The position numbers and the translations under genes were made by a program. Shown one piece after another: positions 16,119 to 30,377 of a DNA stretch of 64,000 nt. The stretch comes from the human T2T-CHM13v2.0 reference genome, Homo sapiens. The notes below the pieces were generated by a model, which did not search any database, had not been told where the DNA came from, and saw only the letters and a program-made list of their open reading frames with translations. How positions within the stretch are numbered: position 1 is the stretch's first letter; each line of letters opens with the position of its first letter. The stretch lies in the NCBI RefSeq assembly GCF_009914755.1, contig NC_060927.1, one strand, 5' to 3'.

Positions 16119-16519
16119 CCAGATCACTTTTTAGTTTCATACCGGCAAAGGTACGAGCTGATGGATTAAGTCACACTGACCTCAGATCCATTAACTGACA
16201 CAACTTGAAAATCCCTCATATGTCTTTAAATTCCAAATGTATGAATGAAATTTTGTGTTGTCATTTGTCATTGTGTGTCTTTGTTTAGATATGACCTTAA
16301 TACATATTGTGAGCAGATAATTTGTGAATTGCTCATAATTCTCAAGAGTTCCAGTTCCTCTCTTCACTTTTAATATGTGCGTGTTGTGCTAAAGCTTCCA
16401 ACTGATGTCGTGTGAGTGTATTTGAGAATAGAGACATGTGTTTGTCTTTGAATGATGGGGTATCTATACGTTGCAAAGCTAAACATTCTGAATTTTTTAA
16501 TTTACTCATCCATTCAACA

Positions 16520-16866
16520 GATGTATATATTCACACATATACGTATATATATGTATATACACACGTATGTATATACACACATATTTGTGTATGAATGAAT
16601 ATATGTGTGAATATATATACACACATATTTGTACATATATATTCATACATATATAACAAATATATTCATACATATATAACTATATATATTTTATATATAC
16701 ATATATACATATATCTAACATATATGTATATATGTATATATATATACATGTATATAACAAAAATATATACATATATAAAAAGATTATATATGTGTTTATA
16801 TTTTCACACACATATGTATTTCTATATACATATGTGTGTATATGTATATGTGTGTATATATATATA
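16520..16866. repeat. (TA)n/(TACA)n/(TATG)n low-complexity tract
   Basis: About 350 bp of degenerate alternating purine-pyrimidine AT-rich repeat; it generates the spurious Y/I/H-rich ORFs. Confidence 0.92.
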
Positions 16867-18845
16867 AAGGTTAAATGAGTATTCCATGGCCCTGTATTTG
16901 ATTAATGGTTAATTCAGGATTGGAATTGATGCATTATGGTGAGGTATATCTACTGTACATTTTGGGCACCATTCACTTATATGGTCATCAGTTCATTTAT
17001 AAAGTGTCACTAAAGACAAAATGAGTTGCTGCATTTTACCTTCAGTAATTACAAAATAAAAGAAGTGAAAACATTTGGAAAAATCCGAGGGAGCTCCTAA
17101 GAACTCCATTATTGGGATGAGTGGACTATGATATGCAGTAATAAGCACATGTATTAATATGTGATTCAAAAGTAACATTTTCTATGAAGGACAGGTATCT
17201 TATTTAAGCCTCCTGCCTGTATGATCTGATTGAATCAGCATTGCTTACCATAGGACCCAAGAGAAATAAAACTATATTTCCCAATATTATCTGTCCCCGA
17301 AAGAGACTCTTGTTCATGGAGAAATATTCTAACAAAGCTGAAGATAAAGTATAACCTTTGGGGGCCTCTTCTTCAACATATTCTATTCTGCAGAGTAGCA
17401 GGTAATAAATAAGGTATTAGGCTAGCTTTTCAGTTCAAATTTAATTTTGATTCCTGCAGTGGATTCGACTGTGGCATTCAAACATAGATTTGCAGGTGCA
17501 GAGAGAGAGTGTTACTTAGCCCTGCAGTGTGACTAATTGCTGGTAATTGTCTATAGGAAGGGCGTTAGAAAGGCCTGTCTCCAGATTTTCATCATATTTT
17601 ACCCAAGGACACTGGCAACGTGAGGAGGCAGTCTGGAGCACTGTAGCCATTAAGCTGTTGGCAGTGTGCAGTATACAAAATGTTGGATCTAAGTTTAAAG
17701 ACAAGCCTGTGTAAAATGAATTTTTATATAAATAGAAAACTGTGAAAATGTAATCATTGAAAAAATGCTGTATTTTCATTTCTGATTAACCTTCATTTGA
17801 AATTGGCTCTTAGCAACATATACTTCCTTCTCATGTCTTGCTTTTTTCCTCTTTCCAGTAACTAATATTCTATAACTAGTATTTAATATGCTGGTTAGAA
17901 AACCACCAGGGGATTTAACTGGATATGAAACAAAATTGATTTATAATGAAAATATGTGTTGAAGTAAGCTTTATAAAATGGGAATTTAGTATATCCTTAA
18001 GTCAGATATTTCTGTAACCTTGTGAAAAAGCACAGTTCCTATGTCATTTTGGTCACATTGTTTTTCTTTCCTTTCCCTCCTGTTTCTATTATGCTTTTGT
18101 TAAATCGAGGAAGGAATTCAAGTAATTAGCATTTTACAATTGTCTGGAACTGCCAAAAAAATACCTAACAAAAAATACACATTATTATGGGAACTGTAAA
18201 GATTTAAGCAGATATAACTCAAGAGATAAAATGAGTTATTCCAAAGTGTGAAATGAAGAAAGTCCAGATCTTGGCAAATGAGAAAATTATCTTGCTATCT
18301 GCAAAGCATTCTACTAAATTTTAAGATTTTTTTTTAATAGAATCAGAACTGCAAGGCTTGTTTGTCTTTATTTATTTTATCCTATGTTCCTTAAATATTG
18401 AACTATTGTAATCTTGTCGTTAACCCCCATCCCTAACACACACACATTTTTTTTTTAATTGGGAGTTTTGTGGATTTGTCTAAAAAAGGAAACACTGTGA
18501 TTTAGGATTTTGGTAATATTCAGCATAATGATTAGTTTTATTCTATTATGTGGACCTTAAGCTACTTGGGTAGTTTAAATAGTGATAGATCCACTAGTAC
18601 TATTTCTTTGACAGATAAGATCCAGAGGCTTACTTCTAAATGTGAATCCTAAATTACCAAACATTTTTGAAATGGTTAATGAGAGTGCATCTGTTTCTTT
18701 ATTCCAAGTTTAATTTTCAACTGGATATCTGCACTTTGTCTCTGAAGAAGTATTTCCTAGAGGAGGAAAAAGCCTTTTGATCCTTTTTAATAATTTACTT
18801 ATGAGAAGTAATTTACATAAAATAGTAGCTTATTTATGAAAAATA

Positions 18846-19014
18846 GGGAGGGTGTAAGGAGGGAGAGGAGAAGAAAAGATAACTATTGGTTACTGGGCTT
18901 AATATCTGGGTTATGAAGTAATGTATACAACAAACGCCCATGACGTGTGTTTACCTGTGTAACAAACCTTCACATGTACCTCGAAACCTCAAATAAAAGT
19001 TAAAAAAAAAAAAA
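18846..19014 (+). mobile_element. Older L1PA (PA12-16 grade) 3' end with poly(A)
   Basis: gataactattggttactgggcttaat...aacaaaccttcacatgtacc...aataaaagtt followed by an A tail. Confidence 0.85.
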
Positions 19015-19954
19015 GAAGAAAAGTAACTTAGAATTCAGAGGGATAAGTTTTAAAGGAAGCCCTGTGGAAGCCTTGCAGGAAAAAGTTTTCTTTGACAAAC
19101 CTGTCCTTTCAACATAATTGATGAGTTGGTTCCAGCCTGGTTCCTTGTGACCCATCCAGCACTGAGTAGGAAATGACACAGAAAATGAATGTTGTGGTCT
19201 CATTTGTCAGCCAGGGCCACTAGTTTCTTGCAGGATACCTGAATTTTCTTCTGTGCTTTTCTCACATGTGCCCATCCCTCCTTTTCTTTCAGTGCCTTTC
19301 TCTCCCTTTAACCACCAGGGCGACTGCCCTTTTATTAGTTTCTTAGCGTTAGTTCTAAAGAGTCTGATGGCCTCTTGTAACGTACATATTGAGCTTCCAT
19401 AGCAAAGAATACAAATCATCACAAATCACAATAGTCCAATAAGAAAGAATATTGATCTTTCCAAAGTAATTTCAGTCATATATGACTGAGCTCAATTTTA
19501 AATATGTATTTCAGTGTCGACTTACCCAACACACTGAACCTGCTTCTCTGATCTGGTATTAGACTTGTACTCTGCCTACAGACCAGTGCCTAGGTTAGTT
19601 CATCCATAAAGGGACCACAAGCAGTGACCACTCCTCCTGGGGTGAAGTTCAGTGTTTCTTTTTTTCCCATTTACTTAGTTAAGCAGTCAGTTTTAACTTT
19701 ACTATCCAGCTGATTTTGTGTATAAATGGATTCATTTGTAGTTTATCTTGTTTTTGCTAGGCTGTGGGCTAGGAAGGACCAAATGGATTTACGTAGTTTA
19801 TCGGATAAACCAATTTTGAGTATCATTTTGTCAGGAAACCCTTTTTAACCTCTTCCTGGATAGCCCCAGCCACCTTAATTTACACTCCTCTGGGTGCATT
19901 TATCTTTCCTTCATGGCAATGTAATTTTGTATATATTTACATGTTCTTTTTAAG

Positions 19955-20500
19955 GCTTTTCGTTCAGTCTTTTTTGAACAACTACTTTATACCAAGTCCC
20001 GTTACTTCAATGAATATAAATGGATAAAAATCTCTGCCTTATGAAGCTTGTATTCTAGTAAAAAAAAAAAAAAAAGCAGAAGTTAATAACATGTAATAGA
20101 ACATCAGGTAATGAAAAGTGCTATGAAGATAAAATGAGGCAGAGTAGAAATAGAGAATCACCTAGGAGAAGAGGCAGTGGCGACATTAGGTATGCTGTTC
20201 CGGAGGGTCCTCTCTGAGGAAGGGATGCAGAGCCAGGAACTAAATACAAGGAGATGCTTGTCCTGGGAAGATGGGCGAGAACTCTTCAGGCAGAAGGGGC
20301 AGCCTTCTTGGAAGCTCATTTACCGTATTCGAGAAAGAGAAAGGCAACCAGTGACGCTAAGAGTGGTGAATGAGGGAAAGTGGCAGAAATGGCGAGTGTA
20401 GAGGCTGACAGGGATCAGATCACATAGAGCCTTGTTGGGTGACATAAGAAATTCATATTTTTTTCTAATTTAAGTGGAAGATCAAAGTAGGATTTTAAAT
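19955..20500 (-). mobile_element. L2a fragment
   Basis: ctctgccttatgaagcttgtattctag; aagtgctatgaag; gatcacatagagccttgt. Confidence 0.7.
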
Positions 20501-20581
20501 TGTAGCTCACCTGTTAGACCATGCCTGCCATATGAGGACAGAGTCTGCCATTACCACTGCAGCCTAGTACTGAATAAATAT

Positions 20582-20612
<31 letters not shown>
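20582..20612. repeat. (TGGC)n tetranucleotide STR
   Basis: About 7.5 perfect units, in the position of an L2 tail. Confidence 0.9.
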
Positions 20613-20863
20613 TCAGACAGATGAACTAATGTCCTTCCAACCCTGTTGCTTTTACTTATGTGGTTTTATTAAAAACAAAGCATTTTGTTGGTTTGCTTTG
20701 TTGCTATCAGAGTTACACATATTGTTATTGGTATTGCATTTGTACCCCTTGACAAAAGGAAGTTTACTATTTATTATCACTAGATAATTAGAATTTCCTA
20801 CCTCACATGCCTGAAATGCCGCATCCCCCCACCCCACTTCTTACTATGTAAAAAAAAAAAAAA

Positions 20864-20894
20864 TCTATCTCTCTATCTATCTATCTATCTATCT
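20864..20894. repeat. (TCTA)n tetranucleotide STR after an A run
   Basis: tctatctctctatctatctatctatctatct. Confidence 0.85.
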
Positions 20895-21769
20895 GATTGG
20901 CTCGACAGCTTGAACGTGATTGAGTGTCCATTTAAGCCTACTTGTATTTTCATCTGATTACTAATCCTGAAGGATAATGTTAAGCCAGATTCTGCAGCAC
21001 AGAGGTCAGAGGATCAGACATCAGCTCTCCTAAAATGATGGGATGGGATAGAAAGAATGATGATAACCCGATTAATCTCCCTTTAGGGGGACTCTGGAGT
21101 CAGGAGATGTGTTTGTGGCCTTGGTAACAGCCTTCCTGCTGGTTAGAGGAGGACCTGCATATTCTTGGGATTCCTCTCTCATAATGGGTCACACCACATC
21201 CAGGTATTACCACCTGGGAGAAGAAAGGTGACAGCTATTTTTAATTTTTGATAAATCTCGAAGATAGAGGTGGAACCAAGGATGTCATGGAACATCATGC
21301 AAGTGTTAACTAAGTAGTCCTCTTTGAAAATATTTAAATCTATAGACTATCTTGCCGCTTGGAAAACATTTTATATTGCTAAGTAGGAACTGTCTTCTTA
21401 ATTTTCTTATAATTCTCTTTGCTTGAATTATCCCTAAAAGTTAACCATAGATTTTCAAATAAGCTCAAAGAAAACATGGATGTTAATGCTAGATTCATCA
21501 TGTAATAATTATTATTATATTAATAGTAATTCACCTTTGCATTTTTTCATGTCTTAGTATTTAACTTCTGTTTCATGATCCTGTTCATCCTAAAGTTAGC
21601 ACCTTTTTCTTGCCATGTATTTGCCAGGCGACATATTTGATCGGAGCTTCCAGAACCCATCTCTCTCCACCACATCCTCTTTTACTGACACTCCGGGATG
21701 CTGCTAATATCAATTTGAGGTTTTGCAGAGATGGGGGAAGCCTACATTGTCTGCATGTTCTGCCCTTGT

Positions 21770-21910
21770 CTAGGTTGTATGATTCTTGAGGGTAGTGACT
21801 ACATCCTATTCTTTTTTCTGTTTCCTGTAGCACCTAGCAGAAACTCTACTGTATAGAAGGTGTTCAGCTAGCTGTTCAATGACTAGATGGACAGATGAAT
21901 GAGTGAATAT
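21770..21910 (+). mobile_element. L2 3' end
   Basis: ttcttgagggtagtgact...cctgtagcacctagcaga...gatgaatgagtgaat. Confidence 0.65.
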
Positions 21911-23629
21911 TTTATTTCCTGTTCTGATTTTGGTAGGATTCTTAAGTCCATAATTCCCTAATCTGCCCACTTTGCTCAGAGATACAAATTTCAAAATTCC
22001 CCTTAACCTTGGAGAGACCCTAGGGAAGGGCAGCATTAGCTTAAGCAGTGGGAGACATTTTTTCAGTGTAGGATCTTTTTTCCTGTGTGTTTTAACCTCT
22101 TAGAGAGAACGTGGGTTCTTTATTCCTGCTGTGGCACGGTCCTGTTTTTATTAGCGTACCCAACTAGACTGCAGCACATATGTTACAATGAGCCATGCCA
22201 CACTGGTGCAAAGATAAACAAATGTGATGTTAATGAGATTTGAGTGTAGAATCTGTTTTTCTCTTCTATAGCCTCCAGAGTTTTAGAGAATTTTGTCACT
22301 GTCCCATTTAACTGGCATCTTTCTTAAAGGGCTGGCTTTATTCATACCAATTATTTTCTCATTCTCTCCCTGATTCCTTTCACTCAAATTCAGTAAACTC
22401 TCATCTTCCAGTACATTATCCTGCAGCTCATTTATACCTTCACCCTCACTCCTTGAAATGAATTCAGAATCTGATTTGGAGCTTGTCTCTCTAAGTGTAA
22501 AACACCTCCTGCTATAAATAAACACACTCGGTTTACTTAGGTTTGATACTTAGATGAGTTGCATCAGCATATGTTCTACTTCACGTTATCAGCGTCTTCT
22601 GAGTTGAATTCTCATCATTTTTTTGCCTTAAAAATGACAGTGCTAAATATGTCCTGAGGGACTAAGGCAGGTTGAGAAAACCTCTCTGCAGTATTGGAGA
22701 AAGCCAAGTTAAATCCAGCCTGCTAGCCTAATGTAAACAATATAATCGTTCTTCCCTTATTTACTTTATTTGTGAGGATCATATACTAGTAAACTGGGGC
22801 AGAGTAGATGAGCAAAAAATAACTAGGGGAAGAACTACATGAACGGCAAAGTTGCTTATGCAACAAAAGACATGTCATATTTTATCTTTCAATTTAAGAA
22901 AAAATTATGGGAGTTTCATATGCTTGACACTATCATTATTCCTCTACTAACTGCCTTCTATTATAATGAGTCTTCTTTTTTTCTCCCAGTCAACACATTA
23001 CATATACCTCTATTTAACATTTATTTCTTGATTAGTTGTTCATAGGTGTATCTTTTCGCAGTACCCCACCTCCCTCCATACAAGGAGCCTAAGCATATTG
23101 CCATGAATGTAACAGATTCCAAGTACATGCCTGTTGTGTTGAAACATTGCTCACCAATCACAAATTTTGGCACATTCTAATTATCTAATGTCTTTAAGAG
23201 TTAGTGTTGTAATAAAGACTTAATAATTATTTGTCTATCAATCATTAAGTTGATATCAGTGTACCAGGAATAGTAACTCCTCAAAAAAAGCCAGTGTTTA
23301 TGATTAACTTCTAACATTTAAATATGCTATGTCTATATTTATAATATATTTTATGTGCTTGTTTATTCTCTGTATCCACTATTATAATGTTCATAAGAGC
23401 AATTTCTTTTTCTACGTAGCAAGACCTGTAAGAATATAGGAGAGATACTGTATTTATATATGTATGTATATATTCAATAAATTTATTCAAAAATATGTGT
23501 TGAGTACAGATATATGTACATATTCTGAATGAATATATTAAAAATGTATATACCTTATATGTTCATATACTCAGTATGAATATTCAATACATTATACATA
23601 TCTATACTCAATACATATTTTTGAGTGAA

Positions 23630-23882
23630 TTAATTGAGTACTTCTTATGTGTTGGGTTCTGTTAATAAGTACTTCAAATGCATTATCTCTTTCAATCCCT
23701 CAAGATTCCAGTTAAGTGTAGATACTATTATTATCCTAATTTTAAGGATGAGGAAATGTAGGTTTGGCATTGGTAAGTGGTTTTCTGAAAGATATTCAAT
23801 TCATAAAAAAGATAGAATCAAGCCTTAGGTCCAGGCCTGTCTAACACAAAAGCAAATGCCCTTAGCTACTGTGATATACTTC
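23630..23882 (-). mobile_element. MIR
   Basis: tactattattatcctaattttaaggatgaggaaa, the MIR core in reverse. Confidence 0.75.
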
Positions 23883-25099
23883 TCCTACAGTAATTAATTG
23901 AGAGAAAATTTTGTGTGAAAATATGGAAATAATTGTGCCTGGTGGGATCATGGACACTAACAGGATAAGATCATCAAATAGTCCTGTGGTCCCCTATGAT
24001 GAGGTGAGCGTAGCCAAGCCCAGAGCAGGCAGCGAAGCCTGGTGGGGGAAAAGCTGTGGGGCACGCAAGAGAAAGAGGTCACAAGCCTGGGGCAGAGAAT
24101 GTAGTGTCCAGTTGGAAGCATCATGAATCAGAATCTGGGTGATCTGTGATTCTGGAACTAGAGTGTTGCCTTAAAAGCAAGTATATTCACCTCTCAAGAA
24201 GAAAAAAGCAAATGAGAATAAAGATGGAATGGAAGATCTATCAAGTCATTGGGACACTATTCTCGACTGTTGGAGTGATAGGGAGTTGTGTGCAGTGATT
24301 GGGCTTCTCAAATGCAAGTGGTGAAAACTCAACTCAAATGAACTTGAGAATTGTCCTCTTTCTCCCCAGGATCTAAATTGAACACTCGAAAGCTATCGGA
24401 AGGTTGGTCGAGGGCATGAAGTAGTACTCTGCCAAGGCTTTTTTATTAACAGCTCCCTTTTCTGCATATTCCCATGGAGCCAGAGGAAGTGATTCTCTGA
24501 ATGGATATATTCTGCTAGTAACATATCGTGGCAGCTGTATCCGTTATCCATTTAACAATTATTACTGAGTACAGGACAATATAGAGAATATGTTACTTCC
24601 TCTGTTAACTCTGCCCTGGTTGTCCAGCAGCCCAGGTGTCCTCACCTGTTAACTGAGAGTGAGCAAGTCTAATTTGTGTTTGGTAGGCAGATTAAGTAAA
24701 AATGTATAGGAAAGCATCGTGTGAATGATGAGGTACCATATCAATATGAGGTACTATTTTATCATCAGTACCAAGCCATGTAAGGCTACCTTTCTATCTC
24801 CAGAGGCTTTTACTTTAAATCTCCAACCTAGCCCATGTAACTTTTTTTTATTATTACACTAATTTCCACTTCCATAAAAAAGGTCACAGTTTTCAGAGAG
24901 TGCATATTACTTATATAACTGTTTAATCAAAGGATCATGCTAAGATATAAGGAAAACCTAGAATCTTTATACATTTTCCCAAGCTAGGGTGATGTTTGGA
25001 GCATGTTGGATTTAAAAGACAGAAAAATAATAGAGAAAAGCTTTGCTATTTTCGAGATCATTATTTGAAAGATAGTTTCATCAACCACTGATAGGTAAG

Positions 25100-26273
<1,174 letters not shown>

Positions 26274-27974
26274 TCAGGTGTGTGTATAGGAGCTAGGAGA
26301 TAGAAGAGATGTGTTTGTATGTTTTCTTGTTTAAAGATTTTTGAAGGCTATGATGATTCTCAATATTGCACTTTGCAATGGTAGTTTGGTGACAGGTTTA
26401 GCATAGCTATTTGGCAGTGGGATTCCTTGGAGGTGTAAAGGTTTTATCAGTGTCACTTTGTCTCCTGTCCAGGTTTTTACCGGTTAAAAAAAAAGAACTA
26501 AGGAGCCAAATGCCACTCAAGGTTTTATTAATAGAGACTGAATAACTCCCAATACAGGCTCCTTGCTAAAATGCAACTAGTGAATTTGGCTTGGACCAAA
26601 GCCCCCACTTTGAATTAAGATAACTTGTCCCCAAGAAGAGTCAACCTGACTCAACCAAACAAGTTACAGGCAAATAAATTGGAATAAAGAAAGAAAATAC
26701 CTGGCTGGGCCTGAAAAGGCAGACCCTGTCCTCTCTGCTTACCATAGGCAGGCAAGAACCAAGCTGAGCTCACCACTCACATTGTTAAAGGAAAAGATCA
26801 CAGCAGATATTACAGAGACCTTCCTTTCCCTAGGGAACAAGTGAGGAAGGGTGAAGGGGGGCCAAGAGTGGTATTAACTTTGCCCCCTGAGGTGGGAAGA
26901 CTACTCAATTACTTTTCTATGACCTAAAAGAAGAATGTAGAGATAGAAGGGAAGGTATTTGGTTTTCTCCTTCATGATTAATCAATTTTATTTATGAGAA
27001 TAGAGAAGAAATATTCCTAAGTAAGGAAGTAAGAGTGACCTTGAAACTAGGTATATTATTATCCAGATATGGTTATAGTCTGAATTTAATTTTTATTAAT
27101 GTAATAATAGCTTACATGGGCCTTATGGCGACATTACTAGCACTCTAAAATTTAATTAGATTTTTAGAGCTTCTATTAATGTCTTTTGTAGGATTATACA
27201 ATCTGGGGTATCACCAGCAAGCTTCATACATTTTATTTTCATTATGATTTGAAATGAGAGGAATATGGTATTTTGTGAATTAAAATAGTTTAGACTGGGG
27301 AGGTCTTAAAAAAAAAAAACAAAAGACAACCCCAGAGGGTTGAAATCATTTTTTTTTGTACTAAACTGGTTATATGTATTTTTATATAGATCTTAAATAT
27401 ATTTATTCACCAATATTAAGGAATTACCAGTTTTTTATTTTTATCAAATTTTTAATAAATATTAGTTGACTGTAACCATATAAATGTAGTTATCCTCACG
27501 ATAGTTTAAAAATAATCATTTTCACGCAACATATTTTCTTTAGTGTGTATATTTCTTGAGTTTTTTGCGCTGATGAAGTAAGTATTCCATTTTCATGGTC
27601 CCTTCATTATTGTATCCTGATTATATATGTAATATGCCTTCCCAGGTTCAGTAAATCCTTTAAATTAATAGAAAAATCTGTTCAGCCTTGTTGAGAGTCA
27701 CTGCATCAATGTACTGGTTACTTTTGTAAATTTTAACCCATTTATCTCTTTCCCTCACATTCCAAAAACAAGAACTCAGGGCACACATTAAATCTCTATT
27801 TTACATAAAGCATGCTCTTGAAAAGGAGATAGATACTATAGATTCTTAGTGACATTCTTTGAGTTTTCACCATTCAAACTCTTAATTTAGAGTAGCCTGC
27901 AAATCAGGTACATGCCTAGGTGACATTCACAGAGAATGGAAAAGAATAACCCTATCCAGAATTGACATAAAGTG

Positions 27975-28160
27975 TTAGCATTGTATACAGAGCAGGAAAA
28001 ATGGGAACAGGAATCAGAAGCTCATTTATAGACTCTGCTATCTACTGCTATTTGATCCAGAAAAGTCATTTTACTTGCCCTGGCCTGAGTTTTCTTCTCT
28101 GCAAAATTAGGCCGTTGGGAAGGAAGGTCTCTGCATCCCATCTGAGCCCCAGCAATATAT
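27975..28160 (+). mobile_element. MIR3/MIRc fragment
   Basis: aagtcattttacttgccctggcctgagttttcttctctgcaaaat, the MIR core. Confidence 0.6.
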
Positions 28161-29831
28161 AAAGTTGATTACTGCAGGAGCACCAAGTGTTAGTTGCTTT
28201 GTGCATGCATCATGCAAATTCACCGAGGCTTTGTGCAGCCATGCTCTGCTGCAATAGTTCTGTCCTTACATGCCTTCTGGTGGCTTTAGAGAGAGATTCT
28301 ATTTGGGAAGGGACTTAGTCTGGCATGATTAGAGCCTAGTAATTACAAAAGTGCCAAGTGATCCTCATCTATAATTACAGTGCTAGTTTGTTACTCATTG
28401 TCCCCGAGGCCATAACATTAGGTGGAGGAGGGCATGCGCACGGTTCCTGAAACTTAAATGCATCCATACTTTTAGTGCTGTATTTTTTGCTGAATTGGTA
28501 TTTATCTTTAATGAATGCCAGGCTTCTACCCTTTCGGAATCAATCACTTCTGTTTATGAGTTGGAAAAGGACAGGGACCAGAGCATGTAGGAGTATATGA
28601 GAGACAGTGTCTTATTACTCAGCTTATTTCCTAATCCTCGTATGAAGATAAGATCATAAAAAATACAAAACAATGTCAGGGAAAGGGAATATCAAAGCCC
28701 AGCTTGTTAAAGAGTCATGACCCCAGAGAAGCCTAGACCCCTCTTCTCCATGAACTCTAAAAAATCACCTTTTTTTGTGTTTTTGTTGTAATACTGGCCT
28801 TCATTATTGCAAATCTTCCTGGTTGTACTTTACAATGATTTTAATTTTGTTTCCTGATTAGATCTTTGCAATTATTCGTAATGTTCATCTGAGTGAAATA
28901 AAATGATATACACTGAAGCAGTGTTAACAGATTGTAAGATTTGATATGTTTTGAAAAGAAATGGTAATGATAAATGACAGTGACCTAATTTGTGGAACAA
29001 TCTTCTTGTACAAAATAATCTAGTGGTTGGTAATTATGTGATTAACTCACCAAGAAAAAAAAAAGTCAATCAAGTCAGAATCATCAAGTTATAGAATCAA
29101 AAAAAATGTCTGGAATGTTCCCAGTTAATTCATTACCTACAGTGAACTTTTCATGTGAATGCCAAAACATAAATACTATTTTAAAAACATTTAGGGGAAA
29201 GATGTACATTTATTAACCCTAAAACTCAAAAGACAATCAAGAAGGAAAAACAGCGAAAATCTCGAAAAGCAGTAATGATAGCTGCTTGTTGTTAGTACTT
29301 ATGAGGCACTTTCACCAACATAAAACCTCATCTCAAAATAAATGAGTGAAGGAGTAAGGCACAATATAACCAAGTACATTTTCAACATGAGGAACTTGAG
29401 GCTCAGTGGGATTCAATGCCGTGTTCATGATCATGTAGCTTTTCAGAGGCACGGCTTCAAAATTTGTTACCTACTTCATGCTCTTTTAACTATGTGCTGT
29501 TAAGAAAATAAAAGTGAAATATCTATGGGATATCAATTCTGAAAAAATATTAGCACATTTGATTAGGAACTGCATCATTGAGAATTCAGTTAAGACTTTA
29601 TTTATAATGCACAAAAGCAATAGATATGTATAACTTGAAGGTCAGTGTTATAAACATAGCCCAAACTACAAGTCAACAGAGTGAATTATAGTTTGGTTAA
29701 TATGCAAAATCATTAAGATGGTTTGACTTGAAACCAGCAAATCATATGAAACTGTATTTATAAAACTACAATTACAATTTAGAAGTTATTTTGAAAAGAA
29801 AACACACTTTCATGATGGGAATATGAAAAAT

Positions 29832-30377
29832 ATTGAAGTGATTTCTGTGCTTGTTGCATGGATATCCTCAGAATTCTATAGCATTCTGACAGGGTAGATA
29901 TAATCAGCCCCATATTATAAGCAAAGAACCTGAGGCTCGAAGAAGCTAACTTGCCTGTTGTTACATGGCAAGAGTATGGCCAGAATTCAAGTCTAGGTTG
30001 TTTAAGTTCCAAAGTCTACGTGCTTGTTTCCTACTCCATTAGTGATCTTACCTCTCCTCTAGGATACCTTTCATATTAATTTGATACTCAGTAAGTATTT
30101 CATGATTGAAGTGATTTCTGTGCTTGTTGCATGGATATCCTCAGAATTCTGTAGCATTCTGACAGGGTAGATATAATCAGCCCCATATTATAAGCAAAGA
30201 ACCTGAGGCTCGAAGAAGCTAACTTGCCTGTTGTTACATGGCAAGAGTATGGCCAGAATTCAAGTCTAGGTTGTTTAAGTTCCAAAGTCTACGTGCTTGT
30301 TTCCTACTCCATTAGTGATCTTACCTCTCCTCTAGGATACCTTTCATATTAATTTGATACTCAGTAAGTATTTCATG
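29832..30377. repeat. Tandem duplication, 2 x 273 bp (contains a MIR and an L2 tail)
   Basis: 29832-30104 versus 30105-30377 are 272/273 identical (A29878/G30151). ATTGAA microhomology occurs at 29832, 30105 and 30378. Confidence 0.97.

Noticed and set aside
17460-17495. 36-nt open segment WIRLWHSNIDLQ between cctgcAG and GTGCAG
   Set aside because: Weak donor and short pyrimidine tract; expected by chance in 64 kb.
19472-19489. Perfect 18-bp palindrome TCAGTCATATATGACTGA
   Set aside because: About 0.25 or more expected by chance in 64 kb (64000/4^9, higher when AT-rich); no supporting context.
22283-22525. 80-aa acidic, protein-looking minus-strand ORF preceded by an acceptor-like tttatttatag
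   Set aside because: GTG start, no recognisable homology, and no convincing donor; purine-rich strand composition explains the E/K/S bias.
26460-26830. Possible degraded minus-strand LTR; similarly 60000-60345
   Set aside because: No identifiable termini, TSD or family match by eye.
28195-28220. CTTTGT plus ATGCAAAT (Sox/Oct-like) and TGCATG motifs
   Set aside because: Spacing does not match the composite Sox-Oct element, and short motifs are expected by chance.
29779-30285. Two identical MELKQPRLEF... ORFs suggesting a duplicated gene
   Set aside because: TTG-started chance ORFs within the MIR in the 273-bp duplication.
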